Shown here: positions 1-17,157 of the stretch, piece by piece
Layout of the letters: each line of letters opens with the position of its first letter
Numbering within the stretch: the first letter of the stretch is position 1
Assembly: GCF_009914755.1 (NCBI RefSeq)
Contig: NC_060930.1
Origin: the human T2T-CHM13v2.0 reference genome, Homo sapiens
Direction: 5' to 3' (one strand)
Length of the DNA: 64,000 nucleotides
The notes under the pieces: generated by a model
What the model was told of the DNA's origin: nothing
Seen by the model: the letters and a program-made list of their open reading frames with translations, nothing else
Database searches by the model: none
Translations under genes and position numbers: made by a program

Positions 1-89
1 TCCTTCTACATCAATTAGAACCACAATACAGCTCTTAAAAAATAAAAGCACAAGTATTTATTTTATAAGAAAGAACAAGGAAGGGAGGA

Positions 90-870
90 AGGAAAAAAGG
101 AAAGAGGAAAAGAAATAAAGAAATAGGAAAATAGAAAAAATTACTATAAGAACACCACAGTAATAATTGCCACAGGCAAGATTCTCTAATAGATACTAAA
201 ATTAGCAGGCAAAGTTTAAGAGAAAACAGGATATTTGCATAGTCTCAAGTACGTTCCTTCCAATATGTATAAATTATAAAGGAAATAAAACAGTAACTTC
301 ATGATAGAGAATCCTAGAAGACATCACTTTAGCCAAATGGTCAAGGTTAACATTAACAGTAGCACAAACGGATACTATGTATCCCTTAATATAATGCACT
401 GAGAAGGGCACATGGTCACGTCTCCTTCATGGCATTTTTCCCAAAAATGTGTAGCCTCAATCTAATAATGAGAAAACATCACACAAAACCAAACTGAGAG
501 ACACTCTGCAAACTAACAGGTCAATATTCTTTGAACATGTCAAGGTCATGAAAGACAAGGAAAGACTGAGGAAATGCCCCAGATGGGAAGAAACTAAGGA
601 GATGTGGAAGCCGAATATGACCTAGGATTCTGTATAGAATCCTGAAAGTGAAAAAGGACATTAATGCAAAAATTTGTAAAATCCAAGCAAGTTCTGTGCT
701 TTAGTTAATAGTATTTGACCAAGGGTAATATTTTAGTTTTGATACATTTTCTATGGTTATATAACATGTTCACATAAGTGCAAACTAGGCAAATGATATA
801 TTAGAACTTTCTTAACTGCATTTGCAAATGTTCTGTAATCCTAAAATTATCTCAAAATAAAAATAAATCT
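90..870 (+). mobile_element. Old LINE-1 3'UTR fragment (L1MC-like)
   Basis: Motifs such as AAACAGGATATTTGCATAGTCTC and terminal TTCTGTAATCCTAAAATTATCTCAAAATAAAA; the same motifs recur at 41390-41970. Family recognised by eye. Confidence 0.6.
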
Positions 871-1208
871 TAGAATTAAAATAAGTGAAACAAACATATT
901 CATTATTTAGTTGGTGGCACAATCACATAAATAGGGACCAATACAAGTGAATTTAAGATGCTGGATAAATATATCAAAGACAACAATAAAATAGATGTTT
1001 AAGTAATCATTTAGCAATATAATAGTTGCTACTCTGAGACTGTTGCATTGTTAATATAGGATAAACCAAATGACAAATTATTTGAAATTCTATCAACCCC
1101 AATGTTCCTGAGAGCTAGGCTTTTCAGCGTGAGATAACAGAGAAAAGAAAGAAGGTAAGTACTTAGCCCTGTTGTCCGAATTTGAATTAAAAATAGCAGT
1201 ATGAACTC

Positions 1209-1500
1209 GCCGGGCGCTGTGACTCACGCCTGTAATCCCAGCACTTTGGGAGGCCGAGGCGGGCGGATCATGAGGTCAGGAGCTCGAGACCATCCTGGCT
1301 AACACGGTGAAACCCCGTCTCTACTAAAAATACAAAAAATTAGCCAGGCGTGATGGCGGGCGCCTGTAGTCCCAGCTACTCAGGAGGCTGAGGCAGGAGA
1401 ATGGCGTGAACCTGGGAAGCGGAGCTTGCAGTGAGCCAAGATGGCCACTGCACTCCAGGCTGGGAGACAGAGCGAGACTCCGTCTCAAAAAAAAAAAAAA
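1209..1500 (+). mobile_element. Full-length AluY with target-site duplication
   Basis: GCCGGGCG start; AluY-type GAGACCATCCTGGCTAACACGGTG and AATGGCGTGAACC; poly(A) tail; TSD CAGTATGAACTC at 1197-1208 and 1501-1512. Confidence 0.95.
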
Positions 1501-1769
1501 CAGTATGAACTCATGACAATTTAAACATTTTTCCTCTACTTATGTCCTGTAAAATCTCTAGAAACTAATTAACCCAGCAATAAAGAACACTCGAAGCAAA
1601 TAGATAGGGGTCTCCAAATATTATTTCCCACTGAAAGGAATCAGGGTTCTTTGGAGAAATAAATGATTTCAGGTCTGGCATAGGACATGTATAAGATACA
1701 ATTAGAATAGATAGTCATGCTAGATAGCAAGATGGGACAATGTGAATATCAGTTGGAATAATAACTTCA

Positions 1770-2155
1770 ACTTTGTAGCAGTGCAACAGAAGTTTCATAA
1801 CAACGTAACTCCAGCAGGACACCTCCATATGAATGGCTTTCCATAGCACCATACTGGGCAGATTGCCAGCAAGTTCTACCAGCTTAGCACCACAGTGACT
1901 TCTCTGTCATCTGGTGAGCCTATGATCGCCAATAAAGGTCTGGATCTCAGCCTGGGCTCTCTTCCTTGGGTATGTATCTCAGCCCAAGGGGTAGAGACTG
2001 GTGTTTATATCTATTACAACTACATTCTTTAAAGTAGTGTTTACTTCTTACTATCTCATGGCTCATTATTACAATGCCTTGTTATAATTAACAACTGTTC
2101 ATATTAATATTTTCCTATGCAAGTTCATGTGTGGTTTCTGTTTCCTGACTGAGCA
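1770..2155 (+). mobile_element. Old ERVL-type LTR remnant
   Basis: 3' end ATATTAATATTTTCC...GTGTGGTTTCTGTTTCCTGACTG resembles LTR33/LTR16-family termini. Confidence 0.4.
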
Positions 2156-2499
2156 TAAGAGGAAGTGAATGATAGTATGAATGGGGCCAGATTGGTCATG
2201 AGTTGATAGATGTTAGGACTGCGTGATAGCTCCATGTGGCTCTTCTACTTATGTGTATATTCAAAATTCTCCATAATAGAAAGACAGCTAAAAGCAGCTT
2301 TACATTTTTTCTGTAATGAGCCATATAAATATTTATACTGAGTCATAGAAAAAAGACTGTAATGAGTTCTACTCAAGTTTTGCCTACCAAGTGAGTTGTA
2401 CCAAATTTACAAAAAAAAAAAAATAGCTTTTAGAAATCTTTACACATCAGAATTGTGGATAAGGTATGGAAAATGTAAATATACATATATAGTAATTGA

Positions 2500-2897
2500 A
2501 TTATTTAGAGACCTAGGAAGAAATGAACTGCATAGTCAAATTAGCGTCATTCAAGGGAGGCTTAATTAAAGAGAATATTGTCAAAGGTACAAGCATTGTG
2601 AAGATACTAAAAGCAGTTGTTACCAAGCCTATGGCCCATAGGTAGAGGTGAGAACTGTTATCAGAAACAGTTGTAGAAAAGGATATCCTGAAAGATTGTA
2701 GAGTACAACAGTCTGAGGTGACACCATAGAAAGTTCTTGACTCCACTCTCCTCCCTCTTTCAGATCTATGCTGAACCTAACTGGAAACTGGGTGGCAAGA
2801 GTTGATACAGTCCACACAGGTCGGCCTCCTGGGCAGAGATCAGAGTAGGACAGGATGAAGAACACATCTGGAGGGTCAAAGAGAAGCTATGACACAG
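2500..2897 (-). mobile_element. LTR33-like ERVL LTR remnant
   Basis: Reverse complement begins TGTGTCATAGCTTCTCTTTGACCCTCCAGAT...CTCTGCCCAGGAGGCCGACC, resembling the LTR33 5' end. Confidence 0.45.
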
Positions 2898-3541
2898 GGT
2901 AAATACTTAAAAAGTACAAATAATGAATGATATTGGGTTACAAAGGAAATGATGAGGACAGAGAATAAGAAACACTATATTGTTGTGCATAGTAGCAAAC
3001 TAAGAAATTAATATCCAATGTAGTAGAATGTGAGAAATATTATGTAAATTTATGAAGATGACGACCAAACCAAAAACACAATCTTTGTCAAATATCAGAA
3101 AAAAACACATCTCTCCAAGCCAAAAAAAAAAAAAAAAAAAAAATTGCCAATGGCGTTTCACAAATGTCGTAGTCACCTAAATACCTACCAGCAAAATTTG
3201 AGGGACTGTTTTTCCCATAGTCTTACAGAATGTGCTATATAGCTTGGATTTTTTGCTAAGCTTATATGTAAAAAATGATGTCTTAATGTAGCATAATCCA
3301 TTTTCTCTTTATTAATTTAGGATACAGCTATCTGTGAACATACTACTCCATTTTATTGGTCTATTCATTTGTAAGCATTATCACATTATAATTATACAAG
3401 ACTTTCAATATGTTTTCATACCTGGTAGGACTAGTTTCCCCATACTTTTTATAGTTTGAAGAACTTTCCAAAATATTACTTTTTGTTTATTTTTTCATAT
3501 GAACTTTAGCTCACTCAGTTAAAAAAGAAGCATGTTGGATT

Positions 3542-3856
<315 letters not shown>

Positions 3857-4266
3857 GCATGTTGGTTTTTATTAATGACACTAGGTTAAATTACAAAATA
3901 ACTTAGAAAAAAAATGACATCTTATGATTGCTATGTCTTCAGAACATTGTTACAAACATATGTATATGCAAAAAATTCCACGACTGAGAATTCATCCTGC
4001 AGATATGGCACACATGTGTGAAATGCTATAAGTACGCAACTATTCACTGTGACATTGTTTGCTATAGCATGCCCAAAACCAACATAAACAAAGTCAAAAG
4101 GCTAATGACACCATGAGAAAAATATTGACAACTGCTGGTGCAGACAAAGGGTTAAACTCTCCAACATACAGTGAGATTTCTATACTGCCATGAGAAATCT
4201 CAATAACCCAATTTAAAAAAAAAAAAGAGTAAAAGACATGAAGCAACAGCCTCCCTTCACACCAAC

Positions 4267-4827
4267 TGTATTTATTATTCAGGGTTCTTCAGGGAAACAA
4301 AATAGGATAAATATAGATATATAAGAGGAAATTTATTATGGGAATTGGCTCATGCAATTACTGAGGCTGAGAAGTCCCACAATATGTGGTTTGAAGTTGG
4401 AGAATCAGGAAAACTGGTCGTGTAATACAGTCTGAACCTGAAAGCTCAAGAACCAGGGGAGCTGATGCTGTAACTCTCAGTTTGATTTCAAAGACCTGAG
4501 AACCTGGGGGGCCACTAGTATAAGTACCGGAGTCTAAAGGCCCAAGCACATAAAGTTCTGATGCCTGAGGGCAGGAGAAGATGGATGTTCTAGCTCCAGA
4601 AGAGAGAGAAAATATACTCATCCTCTGTCTTTTTCTTCTGTCTGGGCCTTCAGTGAAGCAAATGATGCCCATCTTCACTGATGAAGACAGACTTTTACTC
4701 AGTCTACTGGTTCAAATACTAATCTCTTTAAGAAACACCCTTACAGAGACACTCAAATAAAATGTTTTACCAGCTTTCTGTATATCCTTTAACCCAGTCA
4801 AATTATAACCTAAAACTAACCATCACA
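4267..4827 (-). mobile_element. MLT2B-type ERVL solo LTR
   Basis: TG...CA termini; reverse complement starts TGTGATGGTTA; internal GAGGCTGAGAAGTCCCAC; near-perfect 5-bp TSD CCAAC/TCAAC. Confidence 0.85.
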
Positions 4828-5329
4828 TCAACCAAAAGCAAAAAAACAAGCAAACACAAATAGCCATTTAACAAATGAAAACTTGCTTATACTGACTCAT
4901 AATAAGATAAATGCTAATTAAAACTACACTGTATGAGAGTATCAGAAAGACTGATATCAGACTGTATTGGTGAGGCTACCATTGCTCTCATATATTGTTG
5001 GTAGTAGTACAAATTCTGTGGGGGACAGTGTTGAAATATGTTTCAAAATTATAAATCAAATACCCTTTGATTTAATGATCCCACTTATGGGGATGTATTA
5101 TAAAGATATATGTGTACCATAAACATATACATATATTATCATATATCACATATTATATATAATTTTTTAAAAAATATCATAGCAAGAAATTAGAAATCGT
5201 CTAAGTATCTATCTGTAGATCATTACTTAATTAAAATATGGCACTTATCCATAATGCCATATTATGAAGCTATAAAAAGAAATGAAGAATCTCTCTATAA
5301 AGTGAACTAAGTTTTTATTAAAAAAAGGT

Positions 5330-7255
<1,926 letters not shown>

Positions 7256-10200
7256 AAAAGCATTGTGTGGAATTGTATATGTATTATGTTAATACTTTGT
7301 GGGAAGGGGGAAGGAGGGAAAAATATCATATTTGTTTTTGCTTACGTGTGTACAAAGGAACTCCAAACAGATACTAATAACAGTAATTACCTGAATGTGT
7401 GGGTCAGGGGAAACACAGCATATGGGAGACAGATGTTGAAAGGGATATTTTTTAAAATATTTGAGTCACATTAATGTATTTCTTATTCAAAAAATAAAAA
7501 TTATTATTGTAGGCATAAAAATAATTACAGTTATTATGCACTATCTCCATCAATCATACAAAAGACAATTTAACACCAAAAAACTAAAATGCCATATCCT
7601 TGAATTTAGAGTAGACATGCAAATTTAATTTGTTCTACCTTATAAGAAATTTAATTCATCAGTATTATTTCTCTTACTTCTTGTGGATTTAGAGAAAACT
7701 GACCACTGATAAACACCAGTCTTGAAAAATGACACAGAAAAGACTGCATTAGCTCACACCAATTTTACCTAGGTGCCAAGATGAATTTCACACTTTTTGA
7801 TTTGCAATCTTGAAGTTTAAGCATATGCAAAGCATTGTTCTCTTGGACTTTAGAAAGAGAAAACAACAAAGGGATCCTTTAAATAACTTCCACAAATTGG
7901 AATAGAATATTCCTTTCTGTGCTTTAGCATTTCTTGGGAAATAGAATTGTGTGGTGCTATATGTACATTTCTCAAAAAAGAAAACAAAGAACAAGGAAAA
8001 TGCAAATGCCACAACTCAGAAGAATTTTTGAAAATAGTCAAGAGGAAATGAGGGCCCGCAATTAAAGTGCACAGGCATCATTCAACCACAATTTATTAAT
8101 GCAGCATATAGAAGTAAAATGCCAACCACCTCAAATACTAATGGAAATCAATAAATGCCAATATATGTAGTGCTGTTATGAAGGAAATATCTACTTTTTT
8201 ATTTATCTGCTAGAACAGAGCAAAATGAAAGTTGGTACCTTAGACAAATAAAATATTAAAGATACTCTGAGATTATTCACATTCAAAACTGCCATATTTT
8301 GCTAACTTAAAAAGCCTTTTCTCTATGCATCTAAACTTTATATAGCAAAGCTCATTTTAGCATTAGTTGTCTATACATTTACTTTTCTCATTTTCTTTCA
8401 GTGTATTTCCAAAGAAGTAATTGGTTTAGCCAATATATATAGGAGAAAGGCACTACCTTTAAGGAAAAATGATAGCAAATTTAGAAACTCTAAATTAATA
8501 ATTTTTTAAATAAAATACACATGGGAACACACAGATATGTTAGCAATTCAACAATCTACCATTATTGGGGAAAGTCAACTGTCTTTAATTTCAATGAAAG
8601 CAACCCAGTGAAGACAGACTCTTCAGGCACTGTAGAAAGGAGATGATGTCTCAAAACCAATTTTACATTATACCCCCTTTGCTTCCATTGATACTATTGT
8701 CATTGCTGATATGTCTTACACTTTTACACTTTTCAGAACGTTCAAAGCAGTTATTGAAAGAAAGATAATAGCTGACCTCTGCCTGGAACACTCTTCCCCC
8801 ATACCAATTTGGCTCACTCCCTCCCACAGCTGCATATCACTGGCAGTTTTCTTCATGGTACTTTTCACCACCACATGATCTGTATTTCCTTGGTTATTGT
8901 ATGAGTTCCCCCTCAGGAATTTTAGTTTCATGAGGATAAGGACTGGGAAATTTGATTCATTCTGTATTTCCAGTATCATGGAAAGAGCAGTGACTCAATA
9001 AGTTTCCTATTTAAACCTCATAATGATTCCATAAGTAAAAAGGTGCTGATAAAAGTTAAGTGAGTTTTCCCAATATTACCAGGCTAATTAGTGGAAACAA
9101 TTATGACTCAATTTCATGTATTTGAATTCTAAATCTTGTGCTTTCCCCAGCATATCACATTTTTGATAATGTGAGTGAATATAAATCTGAAAAATTTCAT
9201 CAGAATTTTGTGGAAATGGGACATTGTATATGTTAATTGTGCACCTACAAGAGCATGTATATTTATTATTTTGGTATATGATATAATTCTAATGTGCACA
9301 AGCAAAAACCTTTTTTTTTTTCATAAATATACTAAAGTACTTAGGCATACTTATCAGGAAGAATAAAGAAACAAGTAACTTGACATTGCTTGTGATAAGG
9401 CTAGATGCTAATGCAGAGGCATTAATAAGTCTATGAAATTAACCATAATAATTTAACAACTTAGCAAACATTTATTGAGTATCTTTAATGGGTCAGCACC
9501 TAGACTCTGCACTAAGGCCATGAAGAGATGAATAAATGATAGTGCACACTCTTAAAAGAGCTCAAGTCACTTAAAAATATTAACATAAAAGTATAATTGC
9601 AATATAGTGGAGTTAGAAGATGTTATAAAGTGTTATAAGAACAAAGGGAATCAGGGGCCAACCCTGCCTAGGAAAGTCAAGAAGAGTTGTAATTTGAGCT
9701 GCATCTCAGAAGATGACTCCTCATTCTCAGGTCCAATTGCAATAGAAGGAGTAGCAGGTATGTGGAGCTGGGAAATGGCACAAATATTCAAAGGGCTAGT
9801 TTGTTTAATGTGTCTTGGGAGAGGGTGCACAAGAAGGCCTAGCTGGAGATAGGACTGTCAATGAGCATAGTAGTACTATCTACATGTTGTTGAGAAGGTT
9901 CAAGGAGATGAGGCATAGAAGAATATTGGTCTGATGCTGCATTAAGCATTGAGTAAATGCTGGCACTTGTTTTGGAACAGAGGATTTGAGATTTTTTATA
10001 TATCTATAAATCCAAAAGAAGAAAAATGTCTCCTAGTACGAAAATAAATCCACTGTTTATCAAATAAAATTTTTCATTTGGGTAGCCATGTAATAGAAAT
10101 GGCATGCATATTATACAAAGCTGTTTTCGACACCAGAGACTCCAGGCAGCATTATCATCTGACGTTTTCAGTGAGAACCAATATACATGACAAGGAGCTT

Positions 10201-12519
10201 CAGAAGTAGTGAAGCAATCCAGTAATTCATTAGAACCAGTCATTATATGAAATTCACTTGCATAGATAGATGTCAGTTTTACAGGGAAGGGGTGTGAGTT
10301 TGGCTCCTTCTTTCATTACTCATGACCTCAATCCTTAGGGAAATGACAAGATAATTTAATTCTCAAACACTCATTTGGGAGTGTCAATGATAAATGATCA
10401 GAAATATTGCTGTTGCCGTTGTACTGTTTTTCCTATTAGTTCTTTCCTTTTCTTTCCTGTACTTGCTTTGCCTTCTCTCCACTCAGCCCAAGAAAATAAC
10501 TTGATATTGGAGCAATAAGGCCTGTCACAATAAACCTAATCTTCTGTCACAATCTTTCTCCTTTTTTCCTTGTCTTTTGTTTTCCCTTAAAAAAATTCTC
10601 CAGTTTAGTACTTGCATGGCACTTCATATTTCTGCATAATTAAAAGCCAGAACTAATTGATCCAATTGTGTGTACCAGTCAGCCCAAGAAAATGGTAATT
10701 TTCTTCTTCTTTGCATCTTGCAATCACCTAATAAGCAGCTCTAATGCTGGCTGTTGAATTACATAATAAACAAAAATTTCCCAACATTTAACATTTGTTC
10801 AAAGGTTTAATGCTGTGGGTTCACAAGAGCAGAAAGAATAGAAATGTGCACTTATCCAGTGAAATCAATCAATCAATGTAAACTGCAAATCTAAATTAAT
10901 TATTCAGGCTACCAAAATCTTATGCTTTCGTTGTTTGTTGTTGTATAAATGCCAAAATTGTTTGAAAAAAAATTAGTCTAACTTTACTTGGAAGTTAGGC
11001 CTTTGTTGAAACATATGTGCCCAATAAGAATCCTTTTGTATTCTAATTCAAATATTAATTATTTTGCAAACAAGTAAAGGAAGACATTTAGTGTAGTTAT
11101 GTTTGTCACTCAAATCTGAGTATGTAAAGTCTTGATTGAGTAGAACAGGAATCACAGACCACCATCATTGGGCCAGAGTGAGGTCTTATGCCTGTTGGAT
11201 TTTACTGCTTCTATCCATGGACCTATGAACCCACCACCCACATGCGTGCATCCCCACCAGCTCTTCCCCACTAAACTTTTCACCACACTGTGTGTCACTC
11301 AGAGTGAATCATAGAACAGCCAAGAAACAGAAAAATGCCTTCCTTCTGGCAGGCACTGCGCTCCCGGCCCGGACCCCAGAGCCGGCCAAGCATCCCTCCT
11401 GACTGCTTTAGGCTTCCCTCCATACTCAATGAGTTCACCAAAGTCTCATCCCTTTAGAAAATCTTCCCTTGACACCCTTTGTAGAAGTACAGAAGGCATT
11501 TCTATGACTACTGTAGGGTTCAATAACCCTACATTTCTATGACTAAAAACGTGATCCCATGAGAGACCAATGTATGAAAATTTGTATTTAAAACATTTAA
11601 TGACAATAAGACCGCAATTGTCTGAAAGCTTAGAAAATGAGGCTGTCCTTTTAACTTTGCTTTCTGTTGCTAAGTGAGACATATTTGGCTCTAAAGTATC
11701 ATGATCCTCAATTGTGACACTTGCTACTTACTGAAAATCTTCTTAGAATGTATTAGTGCACTGTTCTCCCTAAGTAAAATCATTTAGTCTTTTCTGATGA
11801 TTCAACATCTTGTAATACCTGATTAGAAGCAAATAGTTTCTCTTTTATGGTAACACATTGTTTTCACTTGTATACTTTTAACTAAAAGAATTTTAGGAAA
11901 CCATATGATTGAAAAATATTTTATTGAAAATTATTATGCAAGATAAAATGTTCACTCATTCATTCCCACATTAATGTACTGAACACGTATGGATCTCCTA
12001 CAAAGTATGAGGCACTCTGCCAGGCCCTGCAATGCAATGGCAAATAACACTAGAACCACTTAGAAAGGGAGAACTTGCAGGCTAAGTTCTCCTTTATTTT
12101 GTGCTAAGATACTATTGAATTCTCTTAAAAACTCATTTGTAGGCCTTTAGCATCACAGCCCACATGGTATATGGGAGAAAGACTGCAAAAGCAGCATATA
12201 AGAGGAACCAAATATCTCAATATGGAAAATCAGAAAGGGTTTTCCAGAGGTGGAGGCAAGTAAACTGGGACCTACATGATTAGGAGTAGGTTTTGGCATT
12301 CAACAACATTGTTCAATTATCCTACATTTTGGTGCTCTCTATTAACAATAATTTTTTAACATTTTTTGGACAAGAGGCCTCATAAAGAATCTAATAAAAG
12401 GTTTGTCCATTATATTTAGAAATTATTAAAATGATAAACTTTATGTTATTTGTATTTTACTACAAATTAAAAATCCTCCTATCCAAGAAAAATATGTAAA
12501 TGCACATAGACACAAATAA

Positions 12520-12690
12520 TGTCAATGTTGTGAAATATATTTGGTTTTCTGCTGGAGAGAGGAGTCACTACTGACATCTAGAGAGTAGAGAACAGAAATG
12601 CTGTTAAACATCTTATACAGAATAAGCCTCCACAACAAAGAATTCTCTGACCAAAATGTCAATAGTGCTGAGCTTGAGACACCTCTGTGT
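12520..12690 (+). mobile_element. MER20 (hAT-Charlie) relic
   Basis: TGCTGTTAAACATC...CCACAACAAAGAATT...CCAAAATGTCAATAGTGCTGAG matches the MER20 3' half. Confidence 0.75.
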
Positions 12691-13771
12691 ATGCTAATCA
12701 AGTTGCTCAATTAATTTTCTATAGGAAATGATTTGATCACCTTCAAAATTGAATATGCAAAGAAACAAGAAAAATGTAGAGATGCATCCATTATTTATAT
12801 AAAAGTAAACAACATGTTTTTTGTGTGTGCTGGGAGAGGGAGTTGAAGTGGATAATCACCTTGGTGTACTTTAGTTTTATACTTACCCAGTATACTTATT
12901 ATTGTTCTTTGCAGGAACGGTCAGATTTAAATAAAATAAATAAGAAAATTAAAATGTTATATAATGCAGTGTTTAAACTCTTATTTTTGTTCTACTTTTG
13001 ATCTAAAATAGGTCATAGACATCATTTCATAAAGGCAGGTGTATCTCCTTTGTGGAATGAAAATAATCTTCCCAGTCTATCTGCCCTATGGTGTTAGCCT
13101 GCAGCAGTTGCTATAGCAAATATCTGTGTTTTATGAATACCACTGAGTAACTCAAGCAGTCAAAAATGAAAACAGACTTGATTAAATGCAGACTAAGTGA
13201 CCTTTAAAATTATTTCACTGCTTCTGGACAGTGTTTGGGTTATTGTGGACAAATATCTACTCCGTATGCACTTGTGGTACCTGAGACCGCTTCTATACGA
13301 GGTCAGGAAAGCACACCGCCATGTTTCTGTCAGACGCTTCCCTGTTAGAAGTTCACAGTGGACAGCCACCTTTAACATGGTAAAATCCACAGTGATCATT
13401 AAGAAACACAGCAGGACAGATTATATGTGCTGGGTTCTATTTTTCTAGCTGAGTGTAGTGACATATTTACCATCCCAAATTAATTTTTCTCCCTGAAGAC
13501 TTGAATGCTCATAGTATCTAAAAAATATTAAAAATCTTACAGAAACAGACAGTATAACATACAAGCATACATTTACCAAATAAACTACAAAGGGGCTAAG
13601 TTTTTTTTCAATAGCCTCTTAAATTTCATTCTTTCTCCAGGTCCCTCACATGGCTGTATGACAAACTACTCATTTTTGCCTATCTAGAAATATGTTGTAG
13701 CTCAAAATAAGTCCTACCTTATCTTTTTATATACAAACCCCACACTGTTTTAGTGTTCTGCATAAATATGT

Positions 13772-14069
13772 TATTTTTATTTATTTATTTGTTTATTTAT
13801 TTTGAGACAGTCTTACTCTATTGTCCAGGCTGGAGTGCAGTGGTGTGATCTCAGCTCCCGGCATCCTCAGCCTCCTGGGTTCAAGTGATTCTCATGCCTC
13901 AGTCACCCAAGTAGCTGGAATTATAGGCGTGCTATATCCAGCTAATTTTTGTATTTTCAGTAGAGACCTTATGTTGGCCAGGTTGGTCTCGAACTCCTGG
14001 CCTCAAGTGATCGCCTGCCTCAGCCTCCCAAAGTGCTGGGATTACAGGCGTGAGTCACCACACCCAGCC
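13772..14069 (-). mobile_element. Old Alu (AluJ/Sx-like)
   Basis: (TTTA)n tail; dimer ending CACCCAGCC. Confidence 0.9.
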
Positions 14070-14773
14070 TATGAGTAAACATTATTTTAATGTTCTCAAG
14101 TAATCTATAGCATGAACAAACTAATTCACAATAAGGTGTAAATGGATAATGTGCTAAAACCTCAAAATGTATTTGTGATTTAAAATATTCAAAACGATGA
14201 TTCTAATTAATACATATTAGGCAGGAAATGGGGTAATTTTTCTAGCACCCCTTGAATCACGGCATATAAGCAATTTCCAAACGGTATCAGTAAAACTGGT
14301 TCCAATCTCACAAAGTTACACAGATCTCACTTTCAATAATAAATGGAATTTTAACCAACATTGAAGCATAGAATACGATATCAGGCCTTAACTTCCAAAG
14401 ATGGGAAAGAAAGTTGAAAAAGAAGAAAACTAAGGTCTACTGAGCAATTGCCTTGCTGCAAGAACTGTCTCAGGTGTCTACGCTTACTATATAATAATAA
14501 TATAATCCCCTTATTCTTTCAAGATAGATCATATTAGTCTTATTTTAGAGACAGGAAAACTGAGACTTAACAGAGATTAAATACTTTTTCTGAAATCACA
14601 TACTGGTAAGAAAAAAACCCAACATTTTAAACAGCTGTGCTGACTCCAAATTTCATAATCTTTGGATAGACACCTGGCTTATTTTGTCTGAACAGAATGA
14701 AGCCAGTATCTGGTAAACACCTATAATGTTTAGAGACTATTTAGACTAAGAAATGCCACACAGTAGCTTGTTT

Positions 14774-14897
14774 TGTTTTGTTTTGTTTTGAGACGGAGTC
14801 TCGCTCTGTCACCCAGGCTGGAGTGCAGTGGTGCAATCTTGGCTCACTGCAACCTCCACCTTCTGGTTTCAAGCGATTTTCCTGCCTCAGCCTACCG
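14774..14897 (-). mobile_element. 5'-truncated Alu (right-arm part only) with 15-bp TSD, in a MIR-rich region
   Basis: TSD CACAGTAGCTTGTTT at 14759-14773 and 14898-14912 flanks a 124-bp Alu 3' end. Confidence 0.9.
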
Positions 14898-17157
14898 CAC
14901 AGTAGCTTGTTTAATCCTCTTAATAAGCTTATGGATAAGGCACTATTTTCCCCACATTAACAGATAAAGAAACTAATGCTTACTGAGGTTAAGGTCACAC
15001 AACGGGTAAGTGACAAATCTAGAATTTGAATCCAGGTCAGCCTGGGCTTTAATTCTATTTCCAAATTTACTAAAATTTCTGTGTATTTTTTTGTTCCACC
15101 TAAAAATGAATGAAAATAATCAAAGACATAGGACAAAAAGTATTTCGAGTAAAATTTTCTCCCAAAGGCGAGTCTACAACTTTGCACACTCGCTATTATA
15201 ATGTTTGCTCCTTAATTTCTTTTACAACTAGTCTAAATATTTGGGTTTTAAGTCAGTTTTGTAGTTTTGTGAATACTGGTAAGTTTCTATCCCTGAGATT
15301 TATTTGTTTTGTTGTTTATGGTGTTGTTTTGGGGTTTGGGGGTGGATTATGAGGGGAGAGGAAAGCAATTTAAAGCTCTTAGCAGGAGGGACTCTGCTAA
15401 TAAGGAATATGATTATAAAAAAAGATAAAGACATTAATTTAGAAGTTTTATTTATGTAATGCAAAAACAACCGTAACATTTGAAAACATTTTGCTATTTG
15501 CCTGAGTTTACTTTTCACCCAGAAATTTGACTCCATGTAAAAACGGGATATAAATCTCGAACTAACGTTCTATAAATGGTAAACGCCTCCTCCTGTCATG
15601 CATTACTCATCATAGCAAAAGCATCTATATTTAATAGTACCATATCCAGGAGTTAAAATCTATATTTTTATACATACCAACTTCCCTAGAAGAGGTCAGG
15701 AGGCAAGGTATGTGCCCTGGTTGGTTAGGGTTGGAGTCAGACAGGGAGGGGGAGATGTTTGGGAGCAGCCCAAGAGGAAACTCATGTTCCCTAGATACAA
15801 CGTTGTACTTAGAAATATATCCCTAAAGTTCTATTCTACTTTAATGCTTCAGAATAGCATTTTAAAAAAAACCACTATTCTCAAAGACTGAGTGAAACAG
15901 ACATAATAATGTAGTTTCCTTTTAAAATCTGAATACAAAGTATTCAAATGGGGCTGTCATCATAACTCTGTAACCTGAAAAACTGGATCAAATTGTCATA
16001 CTACCTGATTGGTGAGGATGCTAATATAATACCTGCCCCCTGATAGTGTTACGATGATTAAATGGGGTGGGTGGATATTTAAGTATGTGACACACAGTAA
16101 GTGCTCAGTCATGCCAGTTCCATCCCCAGCTGCTGCTCCTTTGAAATAAAACAGTTGAATTTCCAGCAATGTGTCTTTTCTGGAATCAAACTTGAAGCAT
16201 CATAATTGTTCACGGAAGAGATGAAAGACCTTTAACTTTGTTTTGTAACGCTGAATAAAGACCTACTTGGCCACAACTTCAAACACAAGTAAAAATAAAA
16301 TAAAATAATGGATCTTTTCTGAAGTGAGATCCTTTGATTCTTTATTCCCAACCTAGGCTTAGGAAACAACAGTTTTTGGTTTTATGGGCAGATGCCAAGA
16401 AGTTGACAAACATTTCCCATTAAATAGTTTAAATTACTTTCCATGAAAAATACTCACAAAATATTTTGGAGATTTAAAATGAGGAGGGGCTTTCTATAAA
16501 ATCAAAAAGTTGCTGGATCACTGCTCTGAGTATTACGTCTCTAAAAGACAGTAATAATAAAATTAATGGATGAAAGCACACCTCTTGCAGCTTTGATTAA
16601 ATTGTTGCTTTTGTTCACAAAACATAAATATCTATATAACATATAAATGTGTATGTGGGAGTATGCATGCATATGTATTAACAAAAGGAAGCCTAGTGGG
16701 TTTATTAAGTGAAATAGAGCACCAAAGAAGTTGTGCCTTTTGCCATATGTTAGCAATTGTTATTTCTTTGTTGTTTTATCATTTGCTTTCATTTTTAAAT
16801 GAATTTCCTTTTTTTAACAAAAGGCAAAGTCCTTAGTTAGAAATTATGTAAAAACAGAGGCCTGAATGTGAGGGTCATGCTTTGCTGATTCAGACCCAGA
16901 AGTGAATAGTTTGTTTTAGGGTAGATTGAGGATTTAAAGCATCTGGGAGAAAGCATTTAAGGAGAAACATTTAACAGCTGCTGAAACTGAGATATGAATA
17001 CCATGTAAACAAGCTGAGAAAACACAACCTTTGTACATTAAAAAGCACAATTTTTTCATCTGCAAGTTATGTGTTGTTTTTGTTTTGGTTGAGATATATA
17101 TATAGTCAATGACCAATGCTGCATAACTAAGATATATTTTCCTGTAGATCCTTATTA

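Noticed and set aside
90-870. Similarity to 41300-41985 as a possible segmental duplication
   Set aside because: Better explained as two independent copies of the same L1MC-like 3'UTR.
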